Source: a bacterium
Lineage (GTDB): Bacteria > Zhuqueibacterota > Zhuqueibacteria > Oceanimicrobiales > Oceanimicrobiaceae
DNA length: 40,097 bases
NCBI GenBank assembly: GCA_046757165.1
Contig: JBHHXT010000027.1
Span: 1 to 40,097, forward strand
Direction of reading: 5' to 3'
The notes beneath the pieces were generated by a model that searched no databases, was not told the origin of the DNA, and saw only the letters and a list, made by a program, of their open reading frames with translations. Below, piece after piece: positions 27,953 through 37,285 of this stretch. How positions within the stretch are numbered: the stretch's first letter is position 1; each line of letters starts with the position of its first letter. Position numbers and translations under genes: made by a program.

Positions 27953-30109
27953 ATGAGCACCTCTTTGACAAAGACCGAAGAGCTAAGACTGGAAGGCTTG
28001 CATTGTGTCGATTGCGCCGCAACCATCGAGAAAACCATGGCCAAAGTCAACGGCGTTCAGGCTGTCCAGGCCAACTTCACCGCTGGCAAAATGAAAGTCA
28101 GCTATGACCCTTTGAGTGTGGGCTATCAGGACCTGGTGCGTTGCGTGGAAAGAATCGGCTATCGTGTGAGCCGTGAGAACCACAGGGATCTCGAAAGAAA
28201 ATCGCTCTGGCGCGACCGGCAGGTTCAGTTTACTGCGTTGGCGGGGCTCGCCCTCGCAGCGGGCTTGCTGGCTCATTTTCTCACCGGGGATGTTACCCTG
28301 TTTCGCGCCGGCCGGCCCGTTAACGTGTCTACGCTTTTTTTTCTTGCGACCATTTTTTTCGGCGCGTATCATTTCAGCCGGGCGGGCGTGGCTGCCGCAA
28401 CGCAATTTCGGTTCAGAATGGATTCTCTCATGTCCCTGGCGATCATGGGCGCTATCATTATCGAGGAGTACGTCGAGGCGGCCAGCCTGGCGTTCTTATT
28501 CTCTCTGGCGGAGATATTGGAAAGCTACGCTGTGGAGCGCGCCCGCAATTCCTTGCGTGAACTGATGAACCTGACCCCGGAGAACGCCACCATCAACAGA
28601 GAGGGAAGAGAGCTGGAGGTGCCGGTCGAGCAGGTGCAAAGAGGTGAGATACTCGTGGTGCGCCCGGGTGAGAAGATCGCGCTCGACGGGCAAGTGGTCT
28701 ATGGCGCCTCGAGCGTGGATCAGGCGCCGATCACCGGGGAGTCTGTGCCCGTTCATAAGGGGCCGGGAGAGAAGGTTTTCGCCGGCTCCATCAACAACGA
28801 AGGCTATCTGGAAGTTCAGGTGACTCACAACAGCAAGACCACCATGCTGGCCCGAATCATCCACCTGGTCGAAGATGCGGAGGCGCAAAAGGCGCCCAGC
28901 GAGAGGTTTGTCGAGAAGTTCGCCCGCATCTATACGCCGACGGTGGTGGTGCTGGCCGTCATGGTTGCCACCGTGCCGCCGCTCGTCTTGGGAGCAGCCT
29001 TCCATCCCTGGTCCATCCGGGCCCTCACGTTGCTCGTCATCGCCTGTCCCTGTGCCCTGGTTATCTCCACGCCGGTGTCGGTGGTTTCTGCTTTGACGGC
29101 TGCCAGCCGCAACGGCGTGCTGATAAAGGGGGGCATCTATCTGGAAGAGATGGCGAAAATCAAGGTCATTGCTTTCGACAAGACCGGCACCCTGACCCGT
29201 GGCAGATTGCAGGTCGCGCAGGTTCTTCCCTGCAATGGCATGACAAAAGAAGAACTGCTCCGCAAAGCGGCTTCCCTGGAAAGACACAGCGAGCATCCGA
29301 TTGCCAAAGCGATTGTCGAAGCAGCGAACGGCCTGGAACTCGAGGAGACCAGGAATTTCAAAGCGATCCCCGGCAAAGGCATCACCGCTGAAGTCAATGG
29401 TACCGCCTTCGTGATTGGCAGTCCGGTGCTTTTCAGGGCCTCCGGATTGGAGCTGCCTGACGAGCAGCTACAAACGTTGCAGCAACAAGGCCAAACCACG
29501 ATGCTGATAGGGTCACAATCTGAGATCATGGGCGTGATCGCCCTGGCCGACCAAATTCGACCGGAGGCGATAGAGATCATCGCACAGCTGCAAAGGGTCG
29601 GAAAGGAAGTCGTCATGATAACCGGCGACAACCAGGAAACGGCTAAAGCGATCGCGGCAAAATTGGGGATTTCACACTATCATCCCGGTCTGCTGCCAGA
29701 AAAAAAGGCAGAGATGATCCGACAATTGCGACGACAACACGGCAAAGTTGCCATGGTCGGCGACGGCATCAACGACGCTCCTGCTCTGGCCGCCGCTTCA
29801 GTCGGGATTGCCATGGGAGCGGCAGGAACAGACACGGCGCTCGAGATCTCCGACATTGCGCTCATGGCCGATGACTTGAGCAAATTGCCTTATCTGGTCG
29901 AGCTGAGCAAGCGCGCGAACCGTGTAATCAAACAGAACACTTTGGCCGCGATTCTCATAAAACTCTCGCTTGCGCTCGGCGTCTTTCCTGGTTTCGTGAC
30001 GCTGGTCATGGCTGTCCTGATTGGCGACATGGGGGCGTCCCTGGGCGTGACCAGCAATGCTCTGCGGCTGGCCAGATTCAATTCAAGACAAACGAACCCG
30101 AACCCTTAA
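27953..30109 (+). CDS. cadA: P1B-2 heavy-metal-translocating P-type ATPase (Zn/Cd/Pb)
   Basis: HMA domain GLHCVDCA, TGES, CPC, DKTGT, SEHP, GDGINDAP, TM7 Lys and TM8 DMG. Confidence 0.93.
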   Translation: MSTSLTKTEELRLEGLHCVDCAATIEKTMAKVNGVQAVQANFTAGKMKVSYDPLSVGYQDLVRCVERIGYRVSRENHRDLERKSLWRDRQVQFTALAGLALAAGLLAHFLTGDVTLFRAGRPVNVSTLFFLATIFFGAYHFSRAGVAAATQFRFRMDSLMSLAIMGAIIIEEYVEAASLAFLFSLAEILESYAVERARNSLRELMNLTPENATINREGRELEVPVEQVQRGEILVVRPGEKIALDGQVVYGASSVDQAPITGESVPVHKGPGEKVFAGSINNEGYLEVQVTHNSKTTMLARIIHLVEDAEAQKAPSERFVEKFARIYTPTVVVLAVMVATVPPLVLGAAFHPWSIRALTLLVIACPCALVISTPVSVVSALTAASRNGVLIKGGIYLEEMAKIKVIAFDKTGTLTRGRLQVAQVLPCNGMTKEELLRKAASLERHSEHPIAKAIVEAANGLELEETRNFKAIPGKGITAEVNGTAFVIGSPVLFRASGLELPDEQLQTLQQQGQTTMLIGSQSEIMGVIALADQIRPEAIEIIAQLQRVGKEVVMITGDNQETAKAIAAKLGISHYHPGLLPEKKAEMIRQLRRQHGKVAMVGDGINDAPALAAASVGIAMGAAGTDTALEISDIALMADDLSKLPYLVELSKRANRVIKQNTLAAILIKLSLALGVFPGFVTLVMAVLIGDMGASLGVTSNALRLARFNSRQTNPNP

Positions 30110-30121
30110 CCGCATCAGAAA

Positions 30122-30835
30122 ATGATCCAGGTTATCCTTTTTTCCATGCTGGCTGCAGGCGCAACGGTGGTGGGCGGTGGACTGCCCCTGCTGCACAGAA
30201 AGCTCAGTGAGCGGTACTTGACCTTGCTGGTAGCGTTCTCGGGAGGAGTGCTGCTTTCCACGGGTCTCAACCACATGATAACCGAGAGCTTTGCCATCGC
30301 CGGACGCTGGGCCATGGTGGCGGTCAGCGTTGGGTTTCTGGCACTTTATGGCTATGAAAAAGTTTCCATGGTTCACGCCTGCCGCGAGCATGATTGTGCC
30401 GTGCATCATTTCGGCACCTCCGCTCTGGTTGGGATGGGATTTCACAGTTTTCTCGATGGCTTTGCGATCGCAGTGAGCCTGGAGTTTGAAGCGACGCTTG
30501 GCATGCTGGTGATTGTGGCCGTGATCTCGCACCGTCTTCCGACTGGGATATCGACGGCCTGCATTCTGCTTTCGCACCACTACAGCAAGGCGAGAGCCTG
30601 GCGGATTTTGAACACCATAGCTGGTCTGGCTGTGTTTGGCGCCATTGCCGGTCTGATGATTCCCTTTCAGGAGCCCGTCTATTTGAGTCTGGCCGTCGGT
30701 CTTGCCGGCGGGACTTTCCTCTATATTGCCACGAGTGACCTGCTGCCGATGGCGCATGAGAACAACCAGGACTATCGTGTGCCGCTGTTTTTCTTGCTCG
30801 GCTTCTTAGGAGTACTTGCGGTGAGTTTTATGTAG
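30122..30835 (+). CDS. ZIP-family divalent metal transporter
   Basis: AFSGGVLL, His/Cys loop HACREHDCAVHH, HSFLDG, H.LP.G and GTFLYIA.SDLLP. Confidence 0.88.
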   Translation: MIQVILFSMLAAGATVVGGGLPLLHRKLSERYLTLLVAFSGGVLLSTGLNHMITESFAIAGRWAMVAVSVGFLALYGYEKVSMVHACREHDCAVHHFGTSALVGMGFHSFLDGFAIAVSLEFEATLGMLVIVAVISHRLPTGISTACILLSHHYSKARAWRILNTIAGLAVFGAIAGLMIPFQEPVYLSLAVGLAGGTFLYIATSDLLPMAHENNQDYRVPLFFLLGFLGVLAVSFM

Positions 30836-30847
30836 CCTGTGCAGCCC

Positions 30848-30882
30848 AATAAAAAGCCCGCGCTTGTTAATAAAGCACGGGC
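30848..30882 (-). terminator. Intrinsic terminator oriented on the minus strand
   Basis: Minus RNA GCCCGUGCUU-loop-AAGCGCGGGC-UUUUUAUU. The stem contains a U-G pair that is a C/A mismatch on the plus strand. Confidence 0.75.
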
Positions 30883-30933
30883 CAGTCTCCCACATCTCCA
30901 GGTAAGATAGATAGATGTGATATTGTGTAGGGG
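30848..30933 (-). ncRNA. Candidate ~85-nt small RNA
   Basis: Bounded by a near-consensus promoter and an intrinsic terminator; internal stem CACAUCU/AGAUGUG; no credible ORF. Confidence 0.55.
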
Positions 30934-30938
30934 AGCAT

Positions 30939-30967
30939 AATATAAAAACCCACGTCAAAAAAGTCAA
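30939..30967 (-). promoter_or_regulatory. Sigma70 promoter of the candidate sRNA
   Basis: TTGACT-N17-TATATT. Confidence 0.65.
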
Positions 30968-31115
30968 GAAAAAAGCACGACTGGACGCAAAAAAATTGCC
31001 AACTAAATGCGTCCAGGTTCCTTAACGTCTGAAGGTTGCTCCGGCTGCTGCCCCAATGAATTGTTCGAATGCTCTCCGCTGAGCCGCTATTTGTTTGGAA
31101 TGGGCGAAAAAAGCC

Positions 31116-31159
31116 TTGACAAGGAGCAGTTATTTTCTAAATTTGGAATAATTCCAAAT
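31116..31159 (+). promoter_or_regulatory. marR promoter with an overlapping palindromic operator
   Basis: TTGACA-N16-TAAATT; perfect 9-bp inverted repeat ATTTGGAAT-A-ATTCCAAAT at 31141-31159. Confidence 0.7.
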
Positions 31160-31182
31160 CAGAATTATTCGGACCTTTCTGA

Positions 31183-31623
31183 ATGACCCAACCCGGTTTT
31201 GATTCGAGAATAGAACAATTCTTCGACTATCTCGATACGATGGTGGAGCGTTTCACGGCCATCAAGCGGGAGTGCCTGCAAGACTACCGTGGGCTGAGCT
31301 TGCAAGCATTGATGGCAGTGCGTGTCATCGGCAAGAAAGAGTCGTGTATCATGCGTGAAGTTGCTGCAAGCTTGCAACTGGCTGTGAACACAGCGACGAC
31401 ACTTGTTGATAAACTTGTCGCGATGGAGCTGGTTGTTCGGCACCGCTCCGATGAAGACCGGCGCATTGTCAAGGTTGCGTTAACAGAAAAGGGAAAAGAT
31501 GTTTTTCTGGCAGACCGGGAAGTTCATAAAGGATTCACCCGTGCCATGCTCAACACCCTCGATGAAGCCGAACAAGAAATATTCATCTCTTTGATGAGGA
31601 AAATCAGCAAGAACTTGAAGTAA
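31183..31623 (+). CDS. MarR-family transcriptional regulator
   Basis: EVA..L......T.LVDKL....LV.R.RS.EDRR.V.V.LT.KG. Confidence 0.93.
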   Translation: MTQPGFDSRIEQFFDYLDTMVERFTAIKRECLQDYRGLSLQALMAVRVIGKKESCIMREVAASLQLAVNTATTLVDKLVAMELVVRHRSDEDRRIVKVALTEKGKDVFLADREVHKGFTRAMLNTLDEAEQEIFISLMRKISKNLK

Positions 31624-31740
31624 CGAGCCGAAAGGCCGGGCTATCGATTCCTTGTTCTGTGCCCTGTCCATGAAATGCCGCAATGAATTGGATCCATTAT
31701 GTTCCACTATCTGTATTCACTATCTTAGGAGGGAGTTATT

Positions 31741-34170
31741 ATGTCAAAGTTACGGGAGTTCCAACGAAGGTACCTGGCGGTATGGCTGGTTGGCTTGTTG
31801 GTTTTGCTGCAGGCCTCCGTGTGCCTTGCTCAAGAGACCGGAAAGGTCGCTGGCACGGTAAAGACTGCTGACAGCGGAGAACCGCTCAAGCGAACAAATG
31901 TCAGTGTCAAAGGCACCATGCTGGGCGCCGCAACAGACAGCCAGGGCAGGTACACCATTACCGGGGTTCCGGCTGGCACCCATACCCTGGTCTTTTCGGC
32001 CATCGGTTATACCAACGTCGAAGCGCGCGTCACGGTCACTGCGGGTGAGACCACAACCCGGGATGCGGAGCTGGCGATTGAGGTGATTGAGCTGGGCGAT
32101 GTCACGGTCTATGGCGCGTCGAAGCACCCCGAGCGAATCACCCAGGCGCCGTCGGCAATCAGCGCGATCAGTCCTTTGGAATTGCGCCAGATGGCCAGTA
32201 CCGGACAAGTGCCCCGGCTCTTTGATGCCCAGCCCGGCGTGGACCTTGCGCAAAATGGTGTCAACGATTTCAATCTGAACACCAGAGGCTTCAACAGTTC
32301 CCTGACCAGGCGGGTTCTGGTTTTGATGGATAACAGAGAGCTGGTCGTTGCCTTGCTTGGTTCGCAAGAATGGAATGCGCTCAGCAGACCCTTAGAGGAC
32401 TTCGGCCGTTTGGAAATCATCCGCGGGCCTGGCTCCGCTCTGTACGGCGCCAATGCTTTTGCCGGTGTCATCAACATAACGACGCCGGCGCCAAAAGAAA
32501 TTGTCGGCACCAAAATATCCGCTTCCGGTGGTGAGCTCAGCAGCTTCCGGGGAGATATCAGACATGCGGGTGTCTCAGGCGCCTGGAGCTACAAAGTCAA
32601 TTTTGGGTATACCCAGGGCGAAAGCTGGGATGAGTCTCGCAACGTGACCGCGGAATACGAGGGGCTGCCGGGTGAGCGCTTCCCTCTCAATGGCGACGAC
32701 TTGCGGTCCATCTACGGCGCAGCAAGGCTGGATTACGATTTGGCCAGCGGCGGCGTCTTCACGGTGGAAGGAGGCATGGCGCAGGCAGAGAATCAAGTCA
32801 TCGTAACCGGTATCGGGCGGGTGCAGATCGACAAAGTACGGCGACCCTGGGCACGCACGGCTTTTGCTTCAGACCGCTTCTTCTTCCAGGCTGATTACCG
32901 CGGCAGAAAAACATTTGATGACCACCAGGTGTCGCCGGTTTCCGGCGCGGTTTTCGAGGAAGATGATTGGGATTTCGACTTCCAGGGTCAGACAAACTTC
33001 ACCGGTCTGGAAGACAAGCTGCGGGTTATTGTCGGCGCCTCGCACCGGTTTCGCCATGTCAACACCGATAACACCATTTTGTCACAGAAATTCGATGAAA
33101 CCTTTTCCGGCGTCTTTGGGCAGATCGAATACAAGATTTCGGACAAGATCAACCTGGTCGGCGCCGCTCGCGTGGATGGCAGCTCCAGTCATGATACGCA
33201 GTTTTCCCCCAAAGGCGCCATTGTCTTTTCGCCAACAGAAGACCACTCTTTTCGGGCGACAGTCAACCGCGCCTTCCAAACACCGAGTACGACCGAGTTT
33301 TTCTTGCGGGTACCTGCGGGTGTGCCCATAGATTTGGCTCCCCTGGAGGCGGGGATCGAAGCGGCGATCGAGCAGGCGCAGGGGTTGCCGCCCGGGACGG
33401 TCGATTTGCCACTCAATTTTGGCGTGACCCCGGTTCTGGCGCTCGGGAACGAGAAGCTGGAGGTCGAGGAAGTCACCAGCTTCGAGCTGGGCTACAAAGG
33501 CGTTGTCAGCAAAAGAGCCTTTGTCACGGTCGACGCCTATTTCAGCCAGCTTGAGAATTTTATCACGGATTTACTCCCTCGCGTCAATCCTGCTTTTCCT
33601 GCCTACCAGGTGCCTGAGGGGATTGACCCGGCCCTGGTGCCGATCATCAATGGTGCCATACAAAATACATTAGGAGCAGCTTTCCCCTTGTTCTCCACAC
33701 TTCCGGACGGGTCGCAAGCCCTGGTGGTTTCGTACGGCAATGCCGGAGAAGTAGATGTCATGGGGATTGAGTTGGGTCTGAACTACTATCTGACCGACGA
33801 CCTACTCTTCACGGGCAATTACTCGTTTTTTGATTTTGACGTCGATGATAAGACCGTTGCCATCGGAGACAACCTGATCCCCAACACCCCAAAGCATAAA
33901 TTCAATCTCGGTCTGTCTTATCAGGGACGTCAGGGACTCGATGCCAGCGTACAGGTGAAATATGTGGATGGATTTGATTGGGCTGCGGGCGTTTTTGTCG
34001 GCGATGTTCCATCCTATACATTGGTCAACTTTTCTGGTGGCTATAAAGTCACCTCCAATGCTCGTCTTGGCCTGGTCATCACCAATCTTCTGGACAATGA
34101 CCATTATGAATTATTTGGCGGCTCGCTCAACGGAAGACGTGCGCTTGGCTCACTAACCTACGAGTTCTGA
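31741..34170 (+). CDS. TonB-dependent receptor with an N-terminal carboxypeptidase-regulatory-like domain
   Basis: Signal peptide, G.V.....GEPL...V.VKGT..G..TD..G.Y.I, plug motifs RGF and EIIRGPGSALYGANA.AGVINI.T, NLLD, and a C-terminal Phe. Confidence 0.93.
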   Translation: MSKLREFQRRYLAVWLVGLLVLLQASVCLAQETGKVAGTVKTADSGEPLKRTNVSVKGTMLGAATDSQGRYTITGVPAGTHTLVFSAIGYTNVEARVTVTAGETTTRDAELAIEVIELGDVTVYGASKHPERITQAPSAISAISPLELRQMASTGQVPRLFDAQPGVDLAQNGVNDFNLNTRGFNSSLTRRVLVLMDNRELVVALLGSQEWNALSRPLEDFGRLEIIRGPGSALYGANAFAGVINITTPAPKEIVGTKISASGGELSSFRGDIRHAGVSGAWSYKVNFGYTQGESWDESRNVTAEYEGLPGERFPLNGDDLRSIYGAARLDYDLASGGVFTVEGGMAQAENQVIVTGIGRVQIDKVRRPWARTAFASDRFFFQADYRGRKTFDDHQVSPVSGAVFEEDDWDFDFQGQTNFTGLEDKLRVIVGASHRFRHVNTDNTILSQKFDETFSGVFGQIEYKISDKINLVGAARVDGSSSHDTQFSPKGAIVFSPTEDHSFRATVNRAFQTPSTTEFFLRVPAGVPIDLAPLEAGIEAAIEQAQGLPPGTVDLPLNFGVTPVLALGNEKLEVEEVTSFELGYKGVVSKRAFVTVDAYFSQLENFITDLLPRVNPAFPAYQVPEGIDPALVPIINGAIQNTLGAAFPLFSTLPDGSQALVVSYGNAGEVDVMGIELGLNYYLTDDLLFTGNYSFFDFDVDDKTVAIGDNLIPNTPKHKFNLGLSYQGRQGLDASVQVKYVDGFDWAAGVFVGDVPSYTLVNFSGGYKVTSNARLGLVITNLLDNDHYELFGGSLNGRRALGSLTYEF

Positions 34171-34287
34171 GACGCACAGACAAGATGATTGGCTGTCAAT
34201 CTCCAACGAATTGAAGAACCCAGCGGATTTTGGCGCTTAGAGCATTCCAAGCGCTGTCGTGAAAGCAACTTAGAGCATCTGCACTAA

Positions 34288-35382
34288 ATGGTTATTTGTA
34301 TCAAAGGCGTCGGCTGGCACCTGCCGGACCTGCCGGACAGCACAGAGACAGCGGGAACGGATCGGTCCATCCCTGCCATGGTCTTGCGTGCTGTCCAGGC
34401 TTGCCTGGCTGATGCCCAGGTCAACATGCCTGATGTCGATGCCGTGGTGACGGCTTCGGTGGATCTGTGGGACGGCAAGACCGCCTCCAACATTGCCATT
34501 ACCGAAGTTGTTGGCGCAGTGATGAAACCGGAAACCCGCATTGCCGGGGATGGGCTATTGGCGCTGATCCATGCGGCCATGGCTATTCTTTCCGGGCAAT
34601 ATCAGCGCGTGCTGGTGACGGCGCATGGCAAGGCCACGGAGGGCGATGCGGAGGCGATATCCAACTGGAGCTTTGATCCGGTCTATCAGCAAACGTTGGG
34701 CTTGACAGACTCGCATGCCTTGGGTTTGCAGGCACAGGCGTTTCTCAAACGTGCTCCTGGCGATATCGGCAGCGATTCCGCCAGGAGCCGCATTGTATCG
34801 GCGCTCAGCCAGGAAAACGGAGAGCTTGCCGGCAGTGAATTCCTGGACAGCCCTGTGACATTCTTTCCTCTTCACGACTCGGAAATTGCCACCCAGGGGG
34901 ATGGCGCCTGTGCTGTTTTGCTCGAACAGGGCGGCGCAGGCCCGCGACTGGAAGCCTTTGGATATGACCTGGACCCCCACTATCTGGGCGATCGTGATTT
35001 GGCACGCTGCAAGACTTTGCAACGCGCTGCCCAAAGGGGCTACACTATGGCCACTATTTCTGATGCGCGCAAAGAAATTCAACGCTGCTACTGGTCGTTG
35101 CGTACGGCCATCCAGTTGCCGTTATGGGCAGAAGCTGCCGGCGTCTGGTCTTTGCACCGGGGGCTGGATACTCTCTTGCAAAGGGAAGTCACCACGGATG
35201 GAAACGCTGTGCACAAAACCCACTGGGATGGATTGCCTCCTTTTGCCACGGGATTACAACGTTTGATCTGTGCGACGCGTGACCTTCGGCAGCAGCGGGC
35301 AGAAGGGAGAGTACTTGTTCAGGGGTGTCACGGGCCGGCGGGGCAAACACAGGTGGTATGTATTCTGAGCACGGAGAGGTGA
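34288..35382 (+). CDS. Non-canonical thiolase-fold protein, Ltp4-like
   Basis: D..DG.., GAV...E.....DG..AL, GK..EG, DP.......D....GLQA, DGACAV.L, P.FATGL.R and GPA.Q; no thiolase Cys motif. Confidence 0.7.
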   Translation: MVICIKGVGWHLPDLPDSTETAGTDRSIPAMVLRAVQACLADAQVNMPDVDAVVTASVDLWDGKTASNIAITEVVGAVMKPETRIAGDGLLALIHAAMAILSGQYQRVLVTAHGKATEGDAEAISNWSFDPVYQQTLGLTDSHALGLQAQAFLKRAPGDIGSDSARSRIVSALSQENGELAGSEFLDSPVTFFPLHDSEIATQGDGACAVLLEQGGAGPRLEAFGYDLDPHYLGDRDLARCKTLQRAAQRGYTMATISDARKEIQRCYWSLRTAIQLPLWAEAAGVWSLHRGLDTLLQREVTTDGNAVHKTHWDGLPPFATGLQRLICATRDLRQQRAEGRVLVQGCHGPAGQTQVVCILSTER

Positions 35383-35495
35383 TTTTCTCTGGATTCATAC
35401 GGGGGATTGGCCGCGTCGAGTCTTAGATGATTTGGAAGCTGTCTGTGTCGAGTTTAGCGTTTAGAATTACCGGCTGACGGAAAGGAAGTTATTGG

Positions 35496-36653
35496 ATGGC
35501 AAGACCCGTGGCGATTGTGGCAACCGGCCAAACTCACCATTGCAAAGCCCGCCCGGACGTGCATCAGGGAGAGCTGGTGCAGGAGGCGGTTGCTGCGGCC
35601 TTGCTGGACGCGGACCTTTCGTTTGATGACATCGACGCCATTGTGCTCACCAACATGGAGTTGTTCGAAGGCCGCGCCCTGCCGGAATTGTGGTGCGGTG
35701 AATTCGCCGGCGGTGTTGGTAAACCCGTGATGAAGGTCGCAACCGGCGGCACCTCAGGAACGTCTGGTGCCATCGCCGGCCTGATGCAGGCGGCATCCGG
35801 CGTTTTCGATACGGTGCTGGTCGTGGGTTGGGAAAAGCACTCTGAAGGCTCGACGCAAACGGGCATGTCCCTGACGGACCCGGCCTGGGACCGGCACATC
35901 GCCTCGGGTGCCATCGGCAACTTTGCGCTTTCCATCTCCCAGTACGTCGCAGGCCGCAGTGTGACTCCGGAACAGGCGGCGATGGTGGCCGTGAAAGCGC
36001 GACGCAATGGCGCCCTGAATCCTCATGCGCACCTGAAGGACGCGGACCTGAGCGTCGAGCAGGTGCTCGCCTCACCCATGCTGGCGGAGCCGGTACATCT
36101 GCTGGATATGTGTCCGCAATCAGACGGGGCGGCTGCGCTGGTGATTGCAGGCGGAGACGTGGCCTGGCGATATCCGAACCCGGCCTGGTTTGTGGCGTCC
36201 GCGACCCGGCACGATCACCCCTATTTCGGCGATCTCGATCAGCGCCTCCTGAAGATGCGCACATTGCGTGCGGCAGCGGCGGAGGCGTATCGGAAGGCTG
36301 GCATCGCGCAGCCGCTAACAGATTTGGATGTTGCGGAGGTCTATGAGCCGGTTTCGTACGCGGAATTGGCCTGGTACGAAGCCCTGGGCTTTTGCGACGA
36401 CGGCCAGGCAGGTGCGCTAATAGAAAGCGGCGACACGCAACTCGGTGGCAAGCTGCCGGTCAACCCATCCGGCGGTGTTTTGTGTGCCAATCCAGTGGGC
36501 GCGACCGGCGTGGTTCGCGTTGCAGAGGCCGCAAAGCAGTTGCATCAAAAGGCAGGTGATTATCAGGTCGATGGCGCCAATCTGGCGCTGGTGACCGGCT
36601 ATGGTGTTTATGCCTGGAGCGATGTGTTGATTTTTTCAGCGCACAAGCCATGA
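35496..36653 (+). CDS. SCP2-type thiolase-superfamily protein (putative aldol-lyase), Ltp3-like
   Basis: GQT, FEG...PEL, GKP...V.TGGTSG (no Cys), WEK.SE, NP.AHL, CP.SDGA, EVYEP, VNPSGG.L.ANP.GATG..R.AEA. Confidence 0.82.
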   Translation: MARPVAIVATGQTHHCKARPDVHQGELVQEAVAAALLDADLSFDDIDAIVLTNMELFEGRALPELWCGEFAGGVGKPVMKVATGGTSGTSGAIAGLMQAASGVFDTVLVVGWEKHSEGSTQTGMSLTDPAWDRHIASGAIGNFALSISQYVAGRSVTPEQAAMVAVKARRNGALNPHAHLKDADLSVEQVLASPMLAEPVHLLDMCPQSDGAAALVIAGGDVAWRYPNPAWFVASATRHDHPYFGDLDQRLLKMRTLRAAAAEAYRKAGIAQPLTDLDVAEVYEPVSYAELAWYEALGFCDDGQAGALIESGDTQLGGKLPVNPSGGVLCANPVGATGVVRVAEAAKQLHQKAGDYQVDGANLALVTGYGVYAWSDVLIFSAHKP

Positions 36654-36656
36654 TTT

Positions 36657-36708
36657 TTTCCAATGGAAGAAAGAACCCAACTGGTCGGGTTCTGTGATCA
36701 GTTGGAAA
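36657..36708. repeat. Intergenic hairpin repeat of the lipid operon
   Basis: TTTCCAA...AGAACCC / GGGTTCT...TTGGAAA, 17/22 complementary; related to 39201..39255. Confidence 0.65.
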
Positions 36709-36741
36709 TCAGAAGTTGCTTAACTTGGATCGTAACAAACC

Positions 36742-37227
36742 ATGAGCGTTAAGACGGACACAACGTCTGACGTATATCTCTTTTCTGAGATCACCATGGA
36801 CCTCACCTGGCGCGTCGACCCGGGTCAGACCATGACGCTATTTTTCGAACGGCTGCGGCGAGAGAAGACGCTGTACGGCATCCGCTGCCCCGGTTGTCAC
36901 CGGGTGTACCTGCCGCCGCGTCCGCTCTGCGGCATTTGCTGGCTGGAGATGAATGAATGGGTTGCCCTGGGCCGTACCGGTACTTTGGTCGCGAAGACCG
37001 TTTGCCACTACAAGATTCTCAATTCCGAAACCGGGCAGCTTCGTAGAACGCCCTTTGTTTTGGGGCTCATTCAATTGGACGGCGCCGATACCACCCTGAA
37101 TCATTTCGTCGAAGCAGAAAGTCCTGCTCAGGTGAGCATCGGCGACAGGGTGCAGATTGTCTTTCGTGCTGAGCTGCAGGGCAATATCGGCGACATCCGG
37201 CACTTCAAGTGGTTAGGCAAGAAGTGA
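36742..37227 (+). CDS. DUF35 Zn-ribbon/OB-fold protein
   Basis: G.RCPGC.RVY.PPR..CG.C, G.G.L, I.LDGADT and IGDRV..VF. Confidence 0.9.
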   Translation: MSVKTDTTSDVYLFSEITMDLTWRVDPGQTMTLFFERLRREKTLYGIRCPGCHRVYLPPRPLCGICWLEMNEWVALGRTGTLVAKTVCHYKILNSETGQLRRTPFVLGLIQLDGADTTLNHFVEAESPAQVSIGDRVQIVFRAELQGNIGDIRHFKWLGKK

Positions 37228-37285
37228 AGCTTCTGAGAGGGAGGTCATTTTACTAACGGATAAACAGATTACTTCGACGGTCAAA

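Noticed and set aside
34233..34278. Second MarR operator before the thiolase genes (CTTAGAGCAT direct repeat; ATTCCAA half-site)
   Set aside because: Only one half-site matches the 31141-31159 palindrome, which is too weak to call.
31741..34287. SusC/SusD polysaccharide utilisation locus
   Set aside because: No SusD lipoprotein or glycoside hydrolase follows the receptor, and the downstream genes are acyl-CoA enzymes.
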